Shown: positions 1 to 9,579 of the stretch, piece by piece | How the letters are laid out: every line of letters begins with the position of its first letter | Position numbering within the stretch: position 1 is the stretch's first letter | Source: a virus | IMG/VR virus record: IMGVR_UViG_3300021963_009201 | Location: 126,034-190,033 of that record | Direction: 5' to 3' (one strand) | Length of the DNA stretch: 64,000 bases | The notes under the pieces: model-generated | Databases searched by the model: none | What the model was told of the DNA's origin: nothing | Seen by the model: the letters and a program-made list of their open reading frames with translations, nothing else | Program-made: the position numbers and the translations under genes

Positions 1-480
1 TTCACTTAAGCGATCATTTAAATCTTTAGATCGCTTTCTTTTAATGTCTAAAATAGTTTCATGATCTATGTCATTATCTTTTAGGTACTGATGATACATT
101 GAGTCAACTTGGTCTCTAATAATAGATTCAGATTTTTCGTTCCATTGAACCCAAATATTTCCAAACAAAGCGTCAATGTTTTTTACAGCAGACTGTATTT
201 GTCGAGAACTGTGTCCTCCCCAAACCCCATATTCTTCTTTCTTAACTAAGGCTAAGAAAAGACAATCTTTTATGACTGGGCACTTCAAGCAGACTTTAGA
301 AGCTGTATCTAATTCTTGATTATGGCTTCTAGGGTACATTTGCCCTGGTTCGCTTTCCCAGCAGTTCCCAAGTGGTGCCCAACTTCGTTTTTTAGTTTGA
401 AGATTTCTATAAAAAAATTCTAAAGATTTGTATGGGGGTAATTCTATTTCTTCTAAAATATACTCTTCATCATAAATCAT
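1..480 (-). CDS. WhiB-family Fe-S transcription regulator (partial, runs off the left edge; absent from ORF track)
   Basis: Translated by hand from ATG at 480: ...LGNCWESEPG...VCLKCPVIKDC...EEYGVWGG..., giving four WhiB Cys plus the GVWGG turn; no stop before base 1. Confidence 0.85.
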   Translation of the reverse strand, partial: MIYDEEYILEEIELPPYKSLEFFYRNLQTKKRSWAPLGNCWESEPGQMYPRSHNQELDTASKVCLKCPVIKDCLFLALVKKEEYGVWGGHSSRQIQSAVKNIDALFGNIWVQWNEKSESIIRDQVDSMYHQYLKDNDIDHETILDIKRKRSKDLNDRLSE

Positions 481-1138
481 GTCCATTTTTATTTTCTTTT
501 TCTGCAGAGAGTTCTTTAATAATTGAAAATAAGACAGCTGGCCTATAAAGCTTCTGTCCAATTTTATCTGTTACATTTCCGTAATTAATGATATTTTCGT
601 CAGGCGCAATATTTAAGCTAGAACACGATGCAATATATTGATTTTTGGCTTGCTCAAATTTCCAGTCCAAGAATGAATGGTATGTTCCCATATATAAGAA
701 AAGTTTATCGGCTTCAAGTTCTTTTGGTGCACTTTCTGCCGCTTTCCAAATAATACTGGAATACTCACGCACAACATGGATCATAATGATGTTATGCCGA
801 GCTTCATGAAGGTCTATATAATCGTCTAGCATTCCCTCACTAATTCGGTTCACTACATCGCATAAAGCTGACATAATTGGCGCATCAGATCTAGAATCAA
901 GAAGCTCTGAATAGAAAGATATTAAATCAGCACTAGCAAAAACCACTAACGGAACTGATGTATTGTGCAGATTAACGCTATCAATATCAATATATTTACT
1001 TAAGGCTTCTACAAGTTCTGAAGGGAGACTTTCTCCGTTTGGGCCTAAAATTTTTGAAGCACTCTTGTTATTTTTCGGCGCGTCATTAAGAATATCGTCA
1101 TCTTCATCACCTATGAAGTACGGATTACTGGAATTCAA
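470..1138 (-). CDS. hypothetical protein (222 aa)
   Basis: Long ORF tightly packed in a minus-strand operon; stop overlaps the next start. Confidence 0.75.
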   Translation of the reverse strand: MNSSNPYFIGDEDDDILNDAPKNNKSASKILGPNGESLPSELVEALSKYIDIDSVNLHNTSVPLVVFASADLISFYSELLDSRSDAPIMSALCDVVNRISEGMLDDYIDLHEARHNIIMIHVVREYSSIIWKAAESAPKELEADKLFLYMGTYHSFLDWKFEQAKNQYIASCSSLNIAPDENIINYGNVTDKIGQKLYRPAVLFSIIKELSAEKENKNGHDL

Positions 1139-1146
1139 AGTCGCTC

Positions 1147-1581
1147 CTATTTTTTGAGATTTTTTAACTTATCTATTTCTAATTCATTTAGAAATACATT
1201 AGCAAGCTTGTCTGCTTCGTGGACGTAAGATCTTTTCACGTGTTGAATCCTAAATCTAAACTCTTGCTGAATAATCCTAATAGATTTTAAAAGAGTAAAA
1301 AGATTTTCGTTTCGGCATTGCCATTTTCCGTTTACCTGATTAACAACTACAGCGGAGTCGCTATAAATTATAGGGTCGTTTAATTGAGCCATAGAACAAA
1401 TTAGAAGACTCGTAATTACGGCTTCATATTCCGCTTCATTATTTGTTCGTTTGCCTAGGCCGCGAGCATATTTTGCTATTTCTTTTTTATTTTTATAAAC
1501 AACAATACCGCACGCTGCTTCCCCCATCTTTTTTTGGCCTTGCCCCCTTGCCGCACCATCGCAAACGACTTCAATTAACAT
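1147..1581 (-). CDS. rnhA: ribonuclease HI-like protein (actinobacterial/archaeal RNase H type)
   Basis: DGAARG, TNNEAEYEA, SDS and EAD acidic catalytic motifs. Confidence 0.9.
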   Translation of the reverse strand: MLIEVVCDGAARGQGQKKMGEAACGIVVYKNKKEIAKYARGLGKRTNNEAEYEAVITSLLICSMAQLNDPIIYSDSAVVVNQVNGKWQCRNENLFTLLKSIRIIQQEFRFRIQHVKRSYVHEADKLANVFLNELEIDKLKNLKK

Positions 1582-1588
1582 AGTTGAC

Positions 1589-1924
1589 CTAATCTATAGA
1601 TCCGTATATTTCAATTTTAAGAATTTCCATTAGATCGTCCAACCTTGTCTTGACTATCTTCGGTGCACGATCGTACAAGTCTAGAATCAAATCTAGATCT
1701 TTAGAAGAGTATATTATTTTTGAATCCCAAGTTTTTTGTCCAAGTAACAAAAATGATAATATTTTTATTAAACGAAAATCCGAAATTTTTTTGTCAATAT
1801 CATGCTTTGACTGGGATATAGCCAGTTCAGATACTAGGAACTGTAGAATATCATCTTTTTCGTTTTCATCTAAACAAAAAAGGTAATCTAAAACATTATC
1901 ATTTATCTCTAATATTTCATTCAT
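1589..1924 (-). CDS. hypothetical protein
   Basis: Packed ORF in operon. Confidence 0.65.
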   Translation of the reverse strand: MNEILEINDNVLDYLFCLDENEKDDILQFLVSELAISQSKHDIDKKISDFRLIKILSFLLLGQKTWDSKIIYSSKDLDLILDLYDRAPKIVKTRLDDLMEILKIEIYGSID

Positions 1925-2118
1925 CTAGTTATCTCGAATGCTTTCTATTTTTATATTAGACACTAAATTTCTTATATCTAATAAGACATCTGTTACTCTA
2001 TGTGAATCGCAAAGTTTTTGATTTTTAAATTCAAAAACCCCAGCGTCAATTAAGCTGATAACATCGTCTAAGCTGATAACGTCGCCTATAGTAGGGGTAG
2101 CTGAGATCACGTATGTCC

Positions 2119-2685
2119 TTATGAGAATAAAGAAGTCATAGATTTAGTGTCAAAATTGTACACTAATTGGAAATTCTCCATTTCCAAATGGGAACTGTAT
2201 GCTTTAGAGAAAATGGGGTGACCTATTAGCATATTGATTTCAATTAAAGCTTGTTTAAAGTCTTCGTTTAAAAGGGTGTAATTTTCTGTATAAGAACTAA
2301 AAATTAACCATTGCATTAATGGAAAACTAGATGAGTTAGTATAGAAATCTTTACCTTCAGTTTTTTCGATATAGGTGTCTGGATTAGAAAGCTCTACAGG
2401 GTTAATACCTAGGCGGCAGCCTGAAATATAAGCTCCCATGTACGCATCATATTCTTCGCTATAATCGTTTGATACCTCAATTGATATATATTGAAGGCTT
2501 GGAAACTTATCTTTAATACTAGTGAAATAATTAATTGTTAATTCTTCAATATTTATAGTTAAATGTGATTCTGCTTTTGCAATTTTATCTATAGATGATT
2601 GAAGATCTTGTTTTAAAAGTGTAACTGTCATTTTAATCAACAACCTTTGTAAGTTTAAAGTTAACTTTTCCGCCAAGCCAATCAA
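2119..2685 (-). CDS. hypothetical protein (true start probably downstream of the track start)
   Basis: Packed ORF; track start overlaps the upstream gene. Confidence 0.65.
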   Translation of the reverse strand: MIGLAEKLTLNLQRLLIKMTVTLLKQDLQSSIDKIAKAESHLTINIEELTINYFTSIKDKFPSLQYISIEVSNDYSEEYDAYMGAYISGCRLGINPVELSNPDTYIEKTEGKDFYTNSSSFPLMQWLIFSSYTENYTLLNEDFKQALIEINMLIGHPIFSKAYSSHLEMENFQLVYNFDTKSMTSLFS

Positions 2686-2980
2686 GCATTGGCATTTCTT
2701 GCAGGTAGTCTTGCACTGTGGGGATAAAACCCAAGTCTTCTAATACATGTTTTTCACAAATATCTCTTACTGCGTATTCTTTATTGTTAGAGTTTATACG
2801 CCAAACTCCAAAGATTTGTTGCGCAATATATATACCAAAACTGCTATGCAAGATTGCGCGATGACGCATATCGGGAAAATGAGCTTTTGAACTATCTAAA
2901 AACTCATGGATATCTATATAATCATCTATTTGTCCGCCATAGTGGGTTACACTATGCTTAGCATGAACTAAAGGTTTCAT
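2633..2980 (-). CDS. DUF6915-like protein
   Basis: HAKHSV..YGG..DDY..IH.F.D.SK...D.RHRAILH...G...HVLEDLG pattern recalled for this family. Confidence 0.7.
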   Translation of the reverse strand: MKPLVHAKHSVTHYGGQIDDYIDIHEFLDSSKAHFPDMRHRAILHSSFGIYIAQQIFGVWRINSNNKEYAVRDICEKHVLEDLGFIPTVQDYLQEMPMLDWLGGKVNFKLTKVVD

Positions 2981-2982
2981 TT

Positions 2983-3687
2983 TTATACCAGGATAGCAGA
3001 CTTGGGTTTTTTGAAGATTATAGAGTCTTCTTCAACCTCATTAGATGAGGTTCCATTATTGTCAGTTTCAGATATAATGAATTTGTCGCCATTATAAGAG
3101 ACAGTTATAGTGTGTATTCCATTTCCTGCTTTGTCGGCTACAAATGAGTAGCCATTCTTAAATTCAACCCATGATTTTTTATTTATGCTCAACAGATCTT
3201 CAATTGTTTCTACATTTTCGTTAATTCCATTACGGCAAGTGATCCAGTAAAGTAAAAGCGCACACTGCATTATCTTTTTTGAATCTTTTTTTAAAGTAAG
3301 CCATAATTTATTAAGATCTTCGACATGCTCTAGAATAGAGTCCCGCATAAGTATATCAATACTTGATGAATCTAGATTATCTTCTATAAATTCATTAGGA
3401 TTGAATAGGAATCGAATCATATCAATTTCCCAAGTTATTGCTTCAACATCTGTTTGCTTTATAATGGGGACTTGCTTTATGTATTGTGATGGAATTTGTG
3501 TTGAAACAATTGAGTCATAGTCGCCTATAGCGGCTGCGGTAAAATAACTAGCGGTATCTTTACTAGCACAGTCATAGCTGCAAAATTTACCGTAAACAAT
3601 CCCATTAAATTCATCGATAACGCTTACGACAATTGACGGATACGACGCATTGTCTTTTTGTGGACAATTACTGCAGTTAAATTCCAT
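2983..3687 (-). CDS. hypothetical protein with N-terminal Cys motifs (putative Zn finger)
   Basis: CSNC and FCSYDC motifs. Confidence 0.65.
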   Translation of the reverse strand: MEFNCSNCPQKDNASYPSIVVSVIDEFNGIVYGKFCSYDCASKDTASYFTAAAIGDYDSIVSTQIPSQYIKQVPIIKQTDVEAITWEIDMIRFLFNPNEFIEDNLDSSSIDILMRDSILEHVEDLNKLWLTLKKDSKKIMQCALLLYWITCRNGINENVETIEDLLSINKKSWVEFKNGYSFVADKAGNGIHTITVSYNGDKFIISETDNNGTSSNEVEEDSIIFKKPKSAILV

Positions 3688-3765
3688 GGTAAACCTCAGG
3701 TATAAAGAAAATGCTCCCCCCCTTTTCCCTGTTAATATCTGAAAAGAGAGAGAGCTTTTAATGAG

Positions 3766-4155
3766 TGGAGCTGGGGGGAATCGAACCCCCGTCTTTTGGG
3801 CGAAACTTTTTTGCGATACAACTATTCCCGTTTTAGCGACGGGTCGCTAGGGCCGATCGACTCTTGCGAGTTTCTCGTTTCCACCATCCACGCTTTCATG
3901 GCAGTCAAACGGTCTTTCCCGTTAGTCTATCTGTCTTTCCAGATTGTCTTTTTAGTTTCTGTTGAAAGGCACTAAAATAGCCCCGGGACACTAGTTAGAC
4001 TAGTGCGCCCTCCTCTTCGAGAAGGGTGGCCATTTCGGCGTCCCAGTCGCAGACATATTCATCGGCGTTTATTGTTTTGCCCCTTTTAACGTCTCTGAGC
4101 AAGACGAGTTGCACTAGAAAGCTTCCTAGACCCAAAATCGAAACCAGTCAGCCCC
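3766..4155 (-). ncRNA. ssrA: tmRNA (transfer-messenger RNA)
   Basis: 5' GGGGCUGACUGGUUUCGA; 3' GGGGGUUCGAUUCCCCCCAGCUCCA with T-arm; acceptor GGGGCUG/CAGCUCC with G3.U pair; internal tag frame 4066-3995 after AUAAAC. Confidence 0.93.
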
Positions 4156-4225
4156 TTTGAATCCAAAACCCCAGCTATTTGCTTTAAGCAGGAATAGTTC
4201 CGTGGTCTGCAGTTTTTATAGTAAG

Positions 4226-4297
4226 AGCCTCCTCAGAGAATCGAACTCTGATCTTAGCTTTACAAGAGCCATGTAATAGCCGTTATACTAAAGAGGC
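4226..4297 (-). tRNA. tRNA-Thr(UGU)
   Basis: Cloverleaf; anticodon loop CU-UGU-AA; T-loop UUCGAUU; no encoded CCA. Confidence 0.9.
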
Positions 4298-4301
4298 GTA
4301 T

Positions 4302-4571
4302 TTATATTTCGGACTTCCTACCGATGTCATGTAAGCCGCCTGGCGCAAAAAACTCTATCTCATCACCATCACTAGCAATATAGTCCCAATCGATTTGGAT
4401 ACAGCTTGATGGTAAGTTTGTTACCGGATTTCTTTTAAGGACTTTCATCGGTGAAAAATTCAATGAAATATTATCGAAGTATTCTTTATACTTTACAACA
4501 AGCTCTCGAATACTAACTCCGTCCCCGCTTTGGAGTTCGATATTCTTATTATTCCATAACATTTTTACCAT
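4302..4571 (-). CDS. possible ubiquitin-like (ThiS/MoaD beta-grasp) protein
   Basis: 89 aa; C-terminal DGDEIEFFAPGG resembles the ThiS/MoaD terminal strand, followed by a 10-aa extension. Confidence 0.4.
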   Translation of the reverse strand: MVKMLWNNKNIELQSGDGVSIRELVVKYKEYFDNISLNFSPMKVLKRNPVTNLPSSCIQIDWDYIASDGDEIEFFAPGGLHDIGRKSEI

Positions 4572-4788
4572 TTTTTCCTCCTCTGTCTTTTAGAATATTT
4601 TCGTATATGGTTTGAATTTTATTTTCAGCTTTTTTAATTTCTTGTTTTTTCTTTTTTGAGCTCTTCATTTCTTCGATCTGTCCAATATCTCACGCCTGAA
4701 TTATGAAATTGCTCATCATGCCACCAAGGCAAATAGCATTGGTAGTCGTCTACCGGGTCTTTTTCTGCGCATCTACATGATTTCATTC

Positions 4789-4947
4789 TTACTCCCAGTG
4801 TTCCGAATAGAGGTTATCGTTTGACCAGTCAGCAGACGGCGAATAATTTTCATCTTGCTCTTCGTAATACTCTTCATAAGAGTAGTTTTTTTCGAAGTAA
4901 TATTCTTCAATTATGTCCTCATACTCGTTATCGTGAATGTCAATCAA
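4789..4947 (-). CDS. 52-aa highly acidic Tyr-rich peptide (absent from ORF track)
   Basis: TTG start after AGGUAGGA; MIDIHDNEYEDIIEEYYFEKNYSYEEYYEEQDENYSPSADWSNDNLYSEHWE. Confidence 0.5.
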   Translation of the reverse strand: MIDIHDNEYEDIIEEYYFEKNYSYEEYYEEQDENYSPSADWSNDNLYSEHWE

Positions 4948-5072
4948 TGTTTCCTACCTAAAAATTGATTTTATACTTATATAAAAAGAAGCTACAAACA
5001 AAGAGTAATAGCCGAATTTGTTACGTAGTGATTGTTTTTTCCACCAAAATTTCAAGAAATCTATATCTAGCA

Positions 5073-5486
5073 TCAGAAAATTTCTGCCCTGTAGACCATG
5101 TCTTTTGCAATCCATAGATTGACACGGTTTTCTGCAAAACCTGGACCTATTAACTCACCAACGCCGTCTTTCATTACTATCCGGCATTGCATGCCATTTT
5201 GTATGGCTAAATCAAAAGCATTTTTCTCGGTCATGTCTACGTAGCCTGGCACTTCTTTAAAAGCTGGAAGCAACATGACCGAAACAATTCGGCTGTTTTG
5301 GCGCTGGTAAAACCATTCTCGATAAGTGTTTATAGTTGCACTTTTGCCTAGGACGTCAATAGCCCAAGCATCTTCATCTATAAAAGGTATATAAGCTCTT
5401 TCATATAGCGGGTATTCTTCGTCTATATCCTCAATATAAACTAATCCTTCTCCACGACTTGTTTCAACATTAACAACATAATTCAT
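5073..5486 (-). CDS. hypothetical protein
   Basis: Packed ORF with start/stop overlap. Confidence 0.65.
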   Translation of the reverse strand: MNYVVNVETSRGEGLVYIEDIDEEYPLYERAYIPFIDEDAWAIDVLGKSATINTYREWFYQRQNSRIVSVMLLPAFKEVPGYVDMTEKNAFDLAIQNGMQCRIVMKDGVGELIGPGFAENRVNLWIAKDMVYRAEIF

Positions 5487-5890
5487 TTATTAAGCTCCAT
5501 CTTATATATAGTAACAAACGGAGGCAAAGCAGCTATGACGTCTGTCATTTGATCGAATTGTTTAATCCAATCAATATATTCGGAAAGTATACTTTCGTTA
5601 CTGTGCATTGGTGTGCCGGTTAGCTCTTCATATGCTTTGTATAAAGAATGGTCTTTTGCTGAGGCCCATGTCCATTCTTCAATTTCATACAATTTTAAAA
5701 AACCGTATTCCATATTAATTTTTTCTAACAAATGCTTCTTTGCTTCTTCGATAGTTGAATATATGTTTTTTCCAACTATCATTTCCCCGAATTCACTGTA
5801 TGTACTGTCGTTATATTCAAGATTAGAGCCAAGCATTATATAAAACTCCCCGGAATTTAGGGGGGTTTCTACGCTCCCTACTTTTTTCAC
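5483..5890 (-). CDS. hypothetical protein
   Basis: Packed ORF with 4-nt overlaps on both sides. Confidence 0.65.
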   Translation of the reverse strand: MKKVGSVETPLNSGEFYIMLGSNLEYNDSTYSEFGEMIVGKNIYSTIEEAKKHLLEKINMEYGFLKLYEIEEWTWASAKDHSLYKAYEELTGTPMHSNESILSEYIDWIKQFDQMTDVIAALPPFVTIYKMELNK

Positions 5891-6134
5891 GAAATATCAT
5901 CTCTTTCTTGCATTTTTCGGAAAAATTTATATGCGGTATATGATTCCTCGTTTAACATTGCTTTTTTATAATTTTTAGCTACAGCAATGACTGCCGCACC
6001 AAGCAAAAACGAGTACGCAAAAGATTTAAGAAAGTACTTAAAGCTTTCTTCTAGATCTATTTCGCTATTTTCTTTTAAGTTTTTTATTCGATCAAATTCC
6101 ATACACCTAACCTGCCTTAATCATTGAAGAATGT

Positions 6135-6584
6135 TTATATGTTTATTGTGCCATTTAGCAATTCTTTTGTTGGCCACCAATATTCCATTTTATCATCTTC
6201 TGTCCAAGAAAATTGAGAATAATACTCATAATCTTTTCTCAACAAGTTGCTGCGGTGTGAAGAATGCAGTCTATCGTCCCCAAGCCATAAAGGATCGTAA
6301 AATGGCCCATTTAAAAGATCAAAAGCTTTTATTGTCTTTTCAAGGCATACATTCTCATTATAGCCGCGATAGACCCACTCTGAAACTATTGCTATTTGGT
6401 ACTCCAAAAGAGTATGCTCATGACCTTCCCACATAAGTGTTGCTGGATGATTTACCCACCCTGAGCTGAGTCCGGCCAACGCATTCATTATTTGGAGAGT
6501 TTCGACTCGCTGTTTGCCAAGGCGCCTATAGTCTAGACACTTTGCAGTTTTGCCAAAGTCTTTATATGGTAAAAATGTTTGCAT
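6135..6584 (-). CDS. pyrimidine-dimer DNA glycosylase-like protein (MSMEG_6728-type)
   Basis: MQTFLPY..F...A..LD..RLGKQRVE..Q, GW.NHPA..MW, H.SHRSNLLRKD motifs. Confidence 0.85.
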   Translation of the reverse strand: MQTFLPYKDFGKTAKCLDYRRLGKQRVETLQIMNALAGLSSGWVNHPATLMWEGHEHTLLEYQIAIVSEWVYRGYNENVCLEKTIKAFDLLNGPFYDPLWLGDDRLHSSHRSNLLRKDYEYYSQFSWTEDDKMEYWWPTKELLNGTINI

Positions 6585-6590
6585 AAAGAA

Positions 6591-7076
6591 TTAACCTTTT
6601 GAATAATTATGCCATTTAGCCAAAGGCAGCTTGACTGGTTTTCCGCTATCAAAAAATACTACATACCTAACATATGTCTCTGCCAATAATGCCTTGCAGT
6701 AAAGACAGGGTGAAGTGTTTGGCATAAACGTATTGGTCCTGGCCCTACTTCCCGCTATGTAGACAGTCCCACCTTTAATTGCTGGCATCCTATAAAAAAG
6801 GTCTAGCTCTGCATGTACGCCACAAACATCTGGGTAAGCATCATCTATGGTACTTGCCCTGCGATCAAGCTTGTTATAGCCAAAAATGGATCGGGATCCT
6901 TTTACCCATTTCGCTACCATGTTATAACTTCCTCCAGAAATATGTTCTAAAGACATTTCTGTGAGTTTATTCAAAGTTATAAAATCTGTTTTAGTGATAG
7001 TTAAATCAGAAGTAAGTTCACGCATTACCTCATCTTGGTTTAAGATTTGATCATATTTTACGGCATTTAGTCCCAT
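6591..7076 (-). CDS. zinc-dependent cytidine/dCMP deaminase-fold protein
   Basis: HAE and PCxxC zinc-binding motifs. Confidence 0.8.
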   Translation of the reverse strand: MGLNAVKYDQILNQDEVMRELTSDLTITKTDFITLNKLTEMSLEHISGGSYNMVAKWVKGSRSIFGYNKLDRRASTIDDAYPDVCGVHAELDLFYRMPAIKGGTVYIAGSRARTNTFMPNTSPCLYCKALLAETYVRYVVFFDSGKPVKLPLAKWHNYSKG

Positions 7077-7432
7077 TTTTAAGCTTGCTCAAAAGATTTA
7101 ACAATAAAATCTAAAGTCTGTACGTTAGTGAACCCATTTTCAACTACATCGTCAATAATGGAGTAGGGAAGTTGAATATATGTAGAGTTAACTATGGTCG
7201 CTTTACACCAGCACTCTTTGTCTAGGCAAAGTTCATGACGATTTTCCATCATTTCTCCAAATCATATATGAGAAGTATAGCGCAATAGCTAAAATACTTA
7301 AAATTATACAGATGAAATTAATAAATGATCTGTAGTTAGATAATCCAAAAGTAAATCCCAAAACTGACAGCAATAAGACAGAAAAGAACGCTGTTACTAA
7401 AATAAAACTTATTTGCCATTTAATGTCCATAG

Positions 7433-7514
7433 TGCGGGTAGTGGGACTCGAACCCACAAGCCCGAAGGCGAAGGATTTTAAGTCCTCTGCGTTTGCCGAT
7501 TTCGCCATACCCGC
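7433..7514 (-). tRNA. tRNA-Leu(UAA)
   Basis: Cloverleaf with long variable arm; anticodon loop CU-UAA-AA. Confidence 0.92.
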
Positions 7515-7520
7515 AAGAAC

Positions 7521-8222
7521 TTAAACTTTTATTTCAGAGTATATTTGAATTTCATCTAAAAGATTATTTTGGACTTGTTCTGCACAAAGATAGAAGAAGT
7601 AGTCAGTATGCATTACAGGATGACCACCTAACATTTCTTCGGCAATCAGTTTTCTAAACCTACACCAAAGATCTTCTGACATTGGAAATTCATTTTTCAT
7701 AAAACCTATTAAACGACTGTACTGGTCGTACTCAAGTCCTGTCCAGATAAAATTTATATCTCTGAAAGCATGATACATAATATTATTTTCTTCATCGAAG
7801 ACGTTATGATAATCAAGGCTTGACAATAAAGAATACATAACTTTATTATCTTGATTCCCTATTCCAACGTCTTCGCAAAATTTATCAACCAAAATTGCCG
7901 AATCAACAAAGTTATCACAATTTGTTACATCAAAGTCTACGTAAGCAAAGAAAGAAGCTAATGCTAGTAAGTCTTCGTTGTTTATTGATATTTTTCGAGT
8001 TTCGTTACAAAATTCAGTCAACGCTTTAATAGAGTTTTGAACTCTTGACCAGGTAGAAAAATAGTTAGTTGATTTTGTATAATATTCGTCTAGCAAATGA
8101 AACCATTTATCACTAAAAGTTGTTGTTTGCCAGTCATATGATATATTATAAATCAGTTCTTGCCATTTATTGTAAAGAAATTCTCTATCGTAAGTAAACG
8201 GCTCAATATTTTTAAGATTCAT
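7521..8222 (-). CDS. degenerate HD-superfamily phosphohydrolase-like protein
   Basis: Motif spacing (YY..STNYFST, ASFFAYVDFD, DNFVDSA, RDINF..G..YDQY) echoes COG4339-type HD proteins, but the metal-binding His/Asp are replaced. Confidence 0.4.
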   Translation of the reverse strand: MNLKNIEPFTYDREFLYNKWQELIYNISYDWQTTTFSDKWFHLLDEYYTKSTNYFSTWSRVQNSIKALTEFCNETRKISINNEDLLALASFFAYVDFDVTNCDNFVDSAILVDKFCEDVGIGNQDNKVMYSLLSSLDYHNVFDEENNIMYHAFRDINFIWTGLEYDQYSRLIGFMKNEFPMSEDLWCRFRKLIAEEMLGGHPVMHTDYFFYLCAEQVQNNLLDEIQIYSEIKV

Positions 8223-8581
8223 AACTCACTTTTTCGTAAATAATTTTTACAGGACCAGAGCGTTCTGGCAATTTTGCCTGAGCTTCAAGGTATGTTTCGT
8301 AAGTTAACCGGAAATGAAGTGGATCTTCGGTTTTTCCTATAACAACTCGTTTTTCTGATTTATCTTGTGATATCTGAGATAAGTATACTATATACATTAA
8401 AAGATATTGTTTAATTGTTCTTCAGACAAAGTCTGAGATTTTTTCTTTCTTATTTTTTCGCTGTATGCAGAAAGTGGTTCTTTCCCGCATTTAACACACC
8501 AAAGTTTATAGTCGAAGTAAAGTATACCCAATGAATCACAAAGATGGCATTGATGTTTTGGGTCTATTTTTCTTTTAGCCA

Positions 8582-9163
8582 CTAAACTGAAAATGTTATA
8601 TAATCTATTGTATCAATAGAGTATTCATCATTGAATTGGATATCGTAATTTTCGCTATGAAGCCAATTAGCAATAACTGATGGCTTGTCTACTGGCCGAT
8701 TTATCTTCATGCCCATAGCAAGAATATCGTTTATTTCCGATGGATAACAAATTTTACCTTCGGGAAGCTCTAGGGTTTCATCAAAAACTACATTTTGGTT
8801 TTCAATAGTATAAGAAAAAGGTTCAGCTATTGAACCACTATAATTTGCCAGTACTGTTACAATACTATGCCTTACTACGCCATCAGCATACTCTACGTCG
8901 TAGCCAAATGTTAGTAAAATACTTTCTGCTTTTGCCGCAGAAGCAAGCATCATCATGCTAACGATCTGTTGGGAATGCTCTTCTTCAGAATGGAAAGGCT
9001 TACCTTGTACGCAGAGCATCTTGTCTGATGGGCTGTATAGCCGCATGGAGGGCATTAGTTGCCTTCCATTGAGAATGTAGTCAGTATATGTTTCAATAGC
9101 ACTTTGCTTTTCTTGCGCCATATCCAAAGTGCTTTTTTCAAAAAACTTAATAAAACTAGACAT
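8582..9163 (-). CDS. hypothetical protein
   Basis: 193-aa packed ORF. Confidence 0.7.
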   Translation of the reverse strand: MSSFIKFFEKSTLDMAQEKQSAIETYTDYILNGRQLMPSMRLYSPSDKMLCVQGKPFHSEEEHSQQIVSMMMLASAAKAESILLTFGYDVEYADGVVRHSIVTVLANYSGSIAEPFSYTIENQNVVFDETLELPEGKICYPSEINDILAMGMKINRPVDKPSVIANWLHSENYDIQFNDEYSIDTIDYITFSV

Positions 9164-9180
9164 GTACTATCCTTACAAAC

Positions 9181-9210
9181 AGAAAACGCAGAACATAGTT
9201 GTTCTGCGTT
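9181..9210 (-). terminator. intrinsic terminator-like hairpin
   Basis: 10-bp stem AACGCAGAAC/GUUCUGCGUU followed by a U-rich tail on the minus strand. Confidence 0.6.
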
Positions 9211-9549
9211 CCCCATTTTTATTTATGTTGGTCAATAAATTAAAGATTTAAAACATGAACGTTATCATTTGCATCTACGGTAACTTGTATAGCCCGATAC
9301 TGTTCAACCAAAATTCTTTTACCCTTACCTACGCAACCGTCACAGCTATACATTCCCGCTTTATGCGCAATGGTACAATCTGCTTCAATTATGCATTCAC
9401 CAATAGGGGCTAAAGCCCATTGTTCTATTTCCATAATTACCTACTATGTGAGATTTAATATTAAGAGGAATGTAAAAAATCCGGTTAAGAATAGCAGCAC
9501 CAAAAAGTATGCTGCAATAAGTATTTTCTCCATAAAACCTCCTCAACTA

Positions 9550-9573
9550 AATAAGGGGGATAAACTCCCCCTT
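9550..9573 (-). terminator. terminator-like hairpin after the Rpf gene
   Basis: AAGGGGGA/UCCCCCUU stem 7 nt past the stop codon. Confidence 0.55.
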
Positions 9574-9579
9574 AAATAA

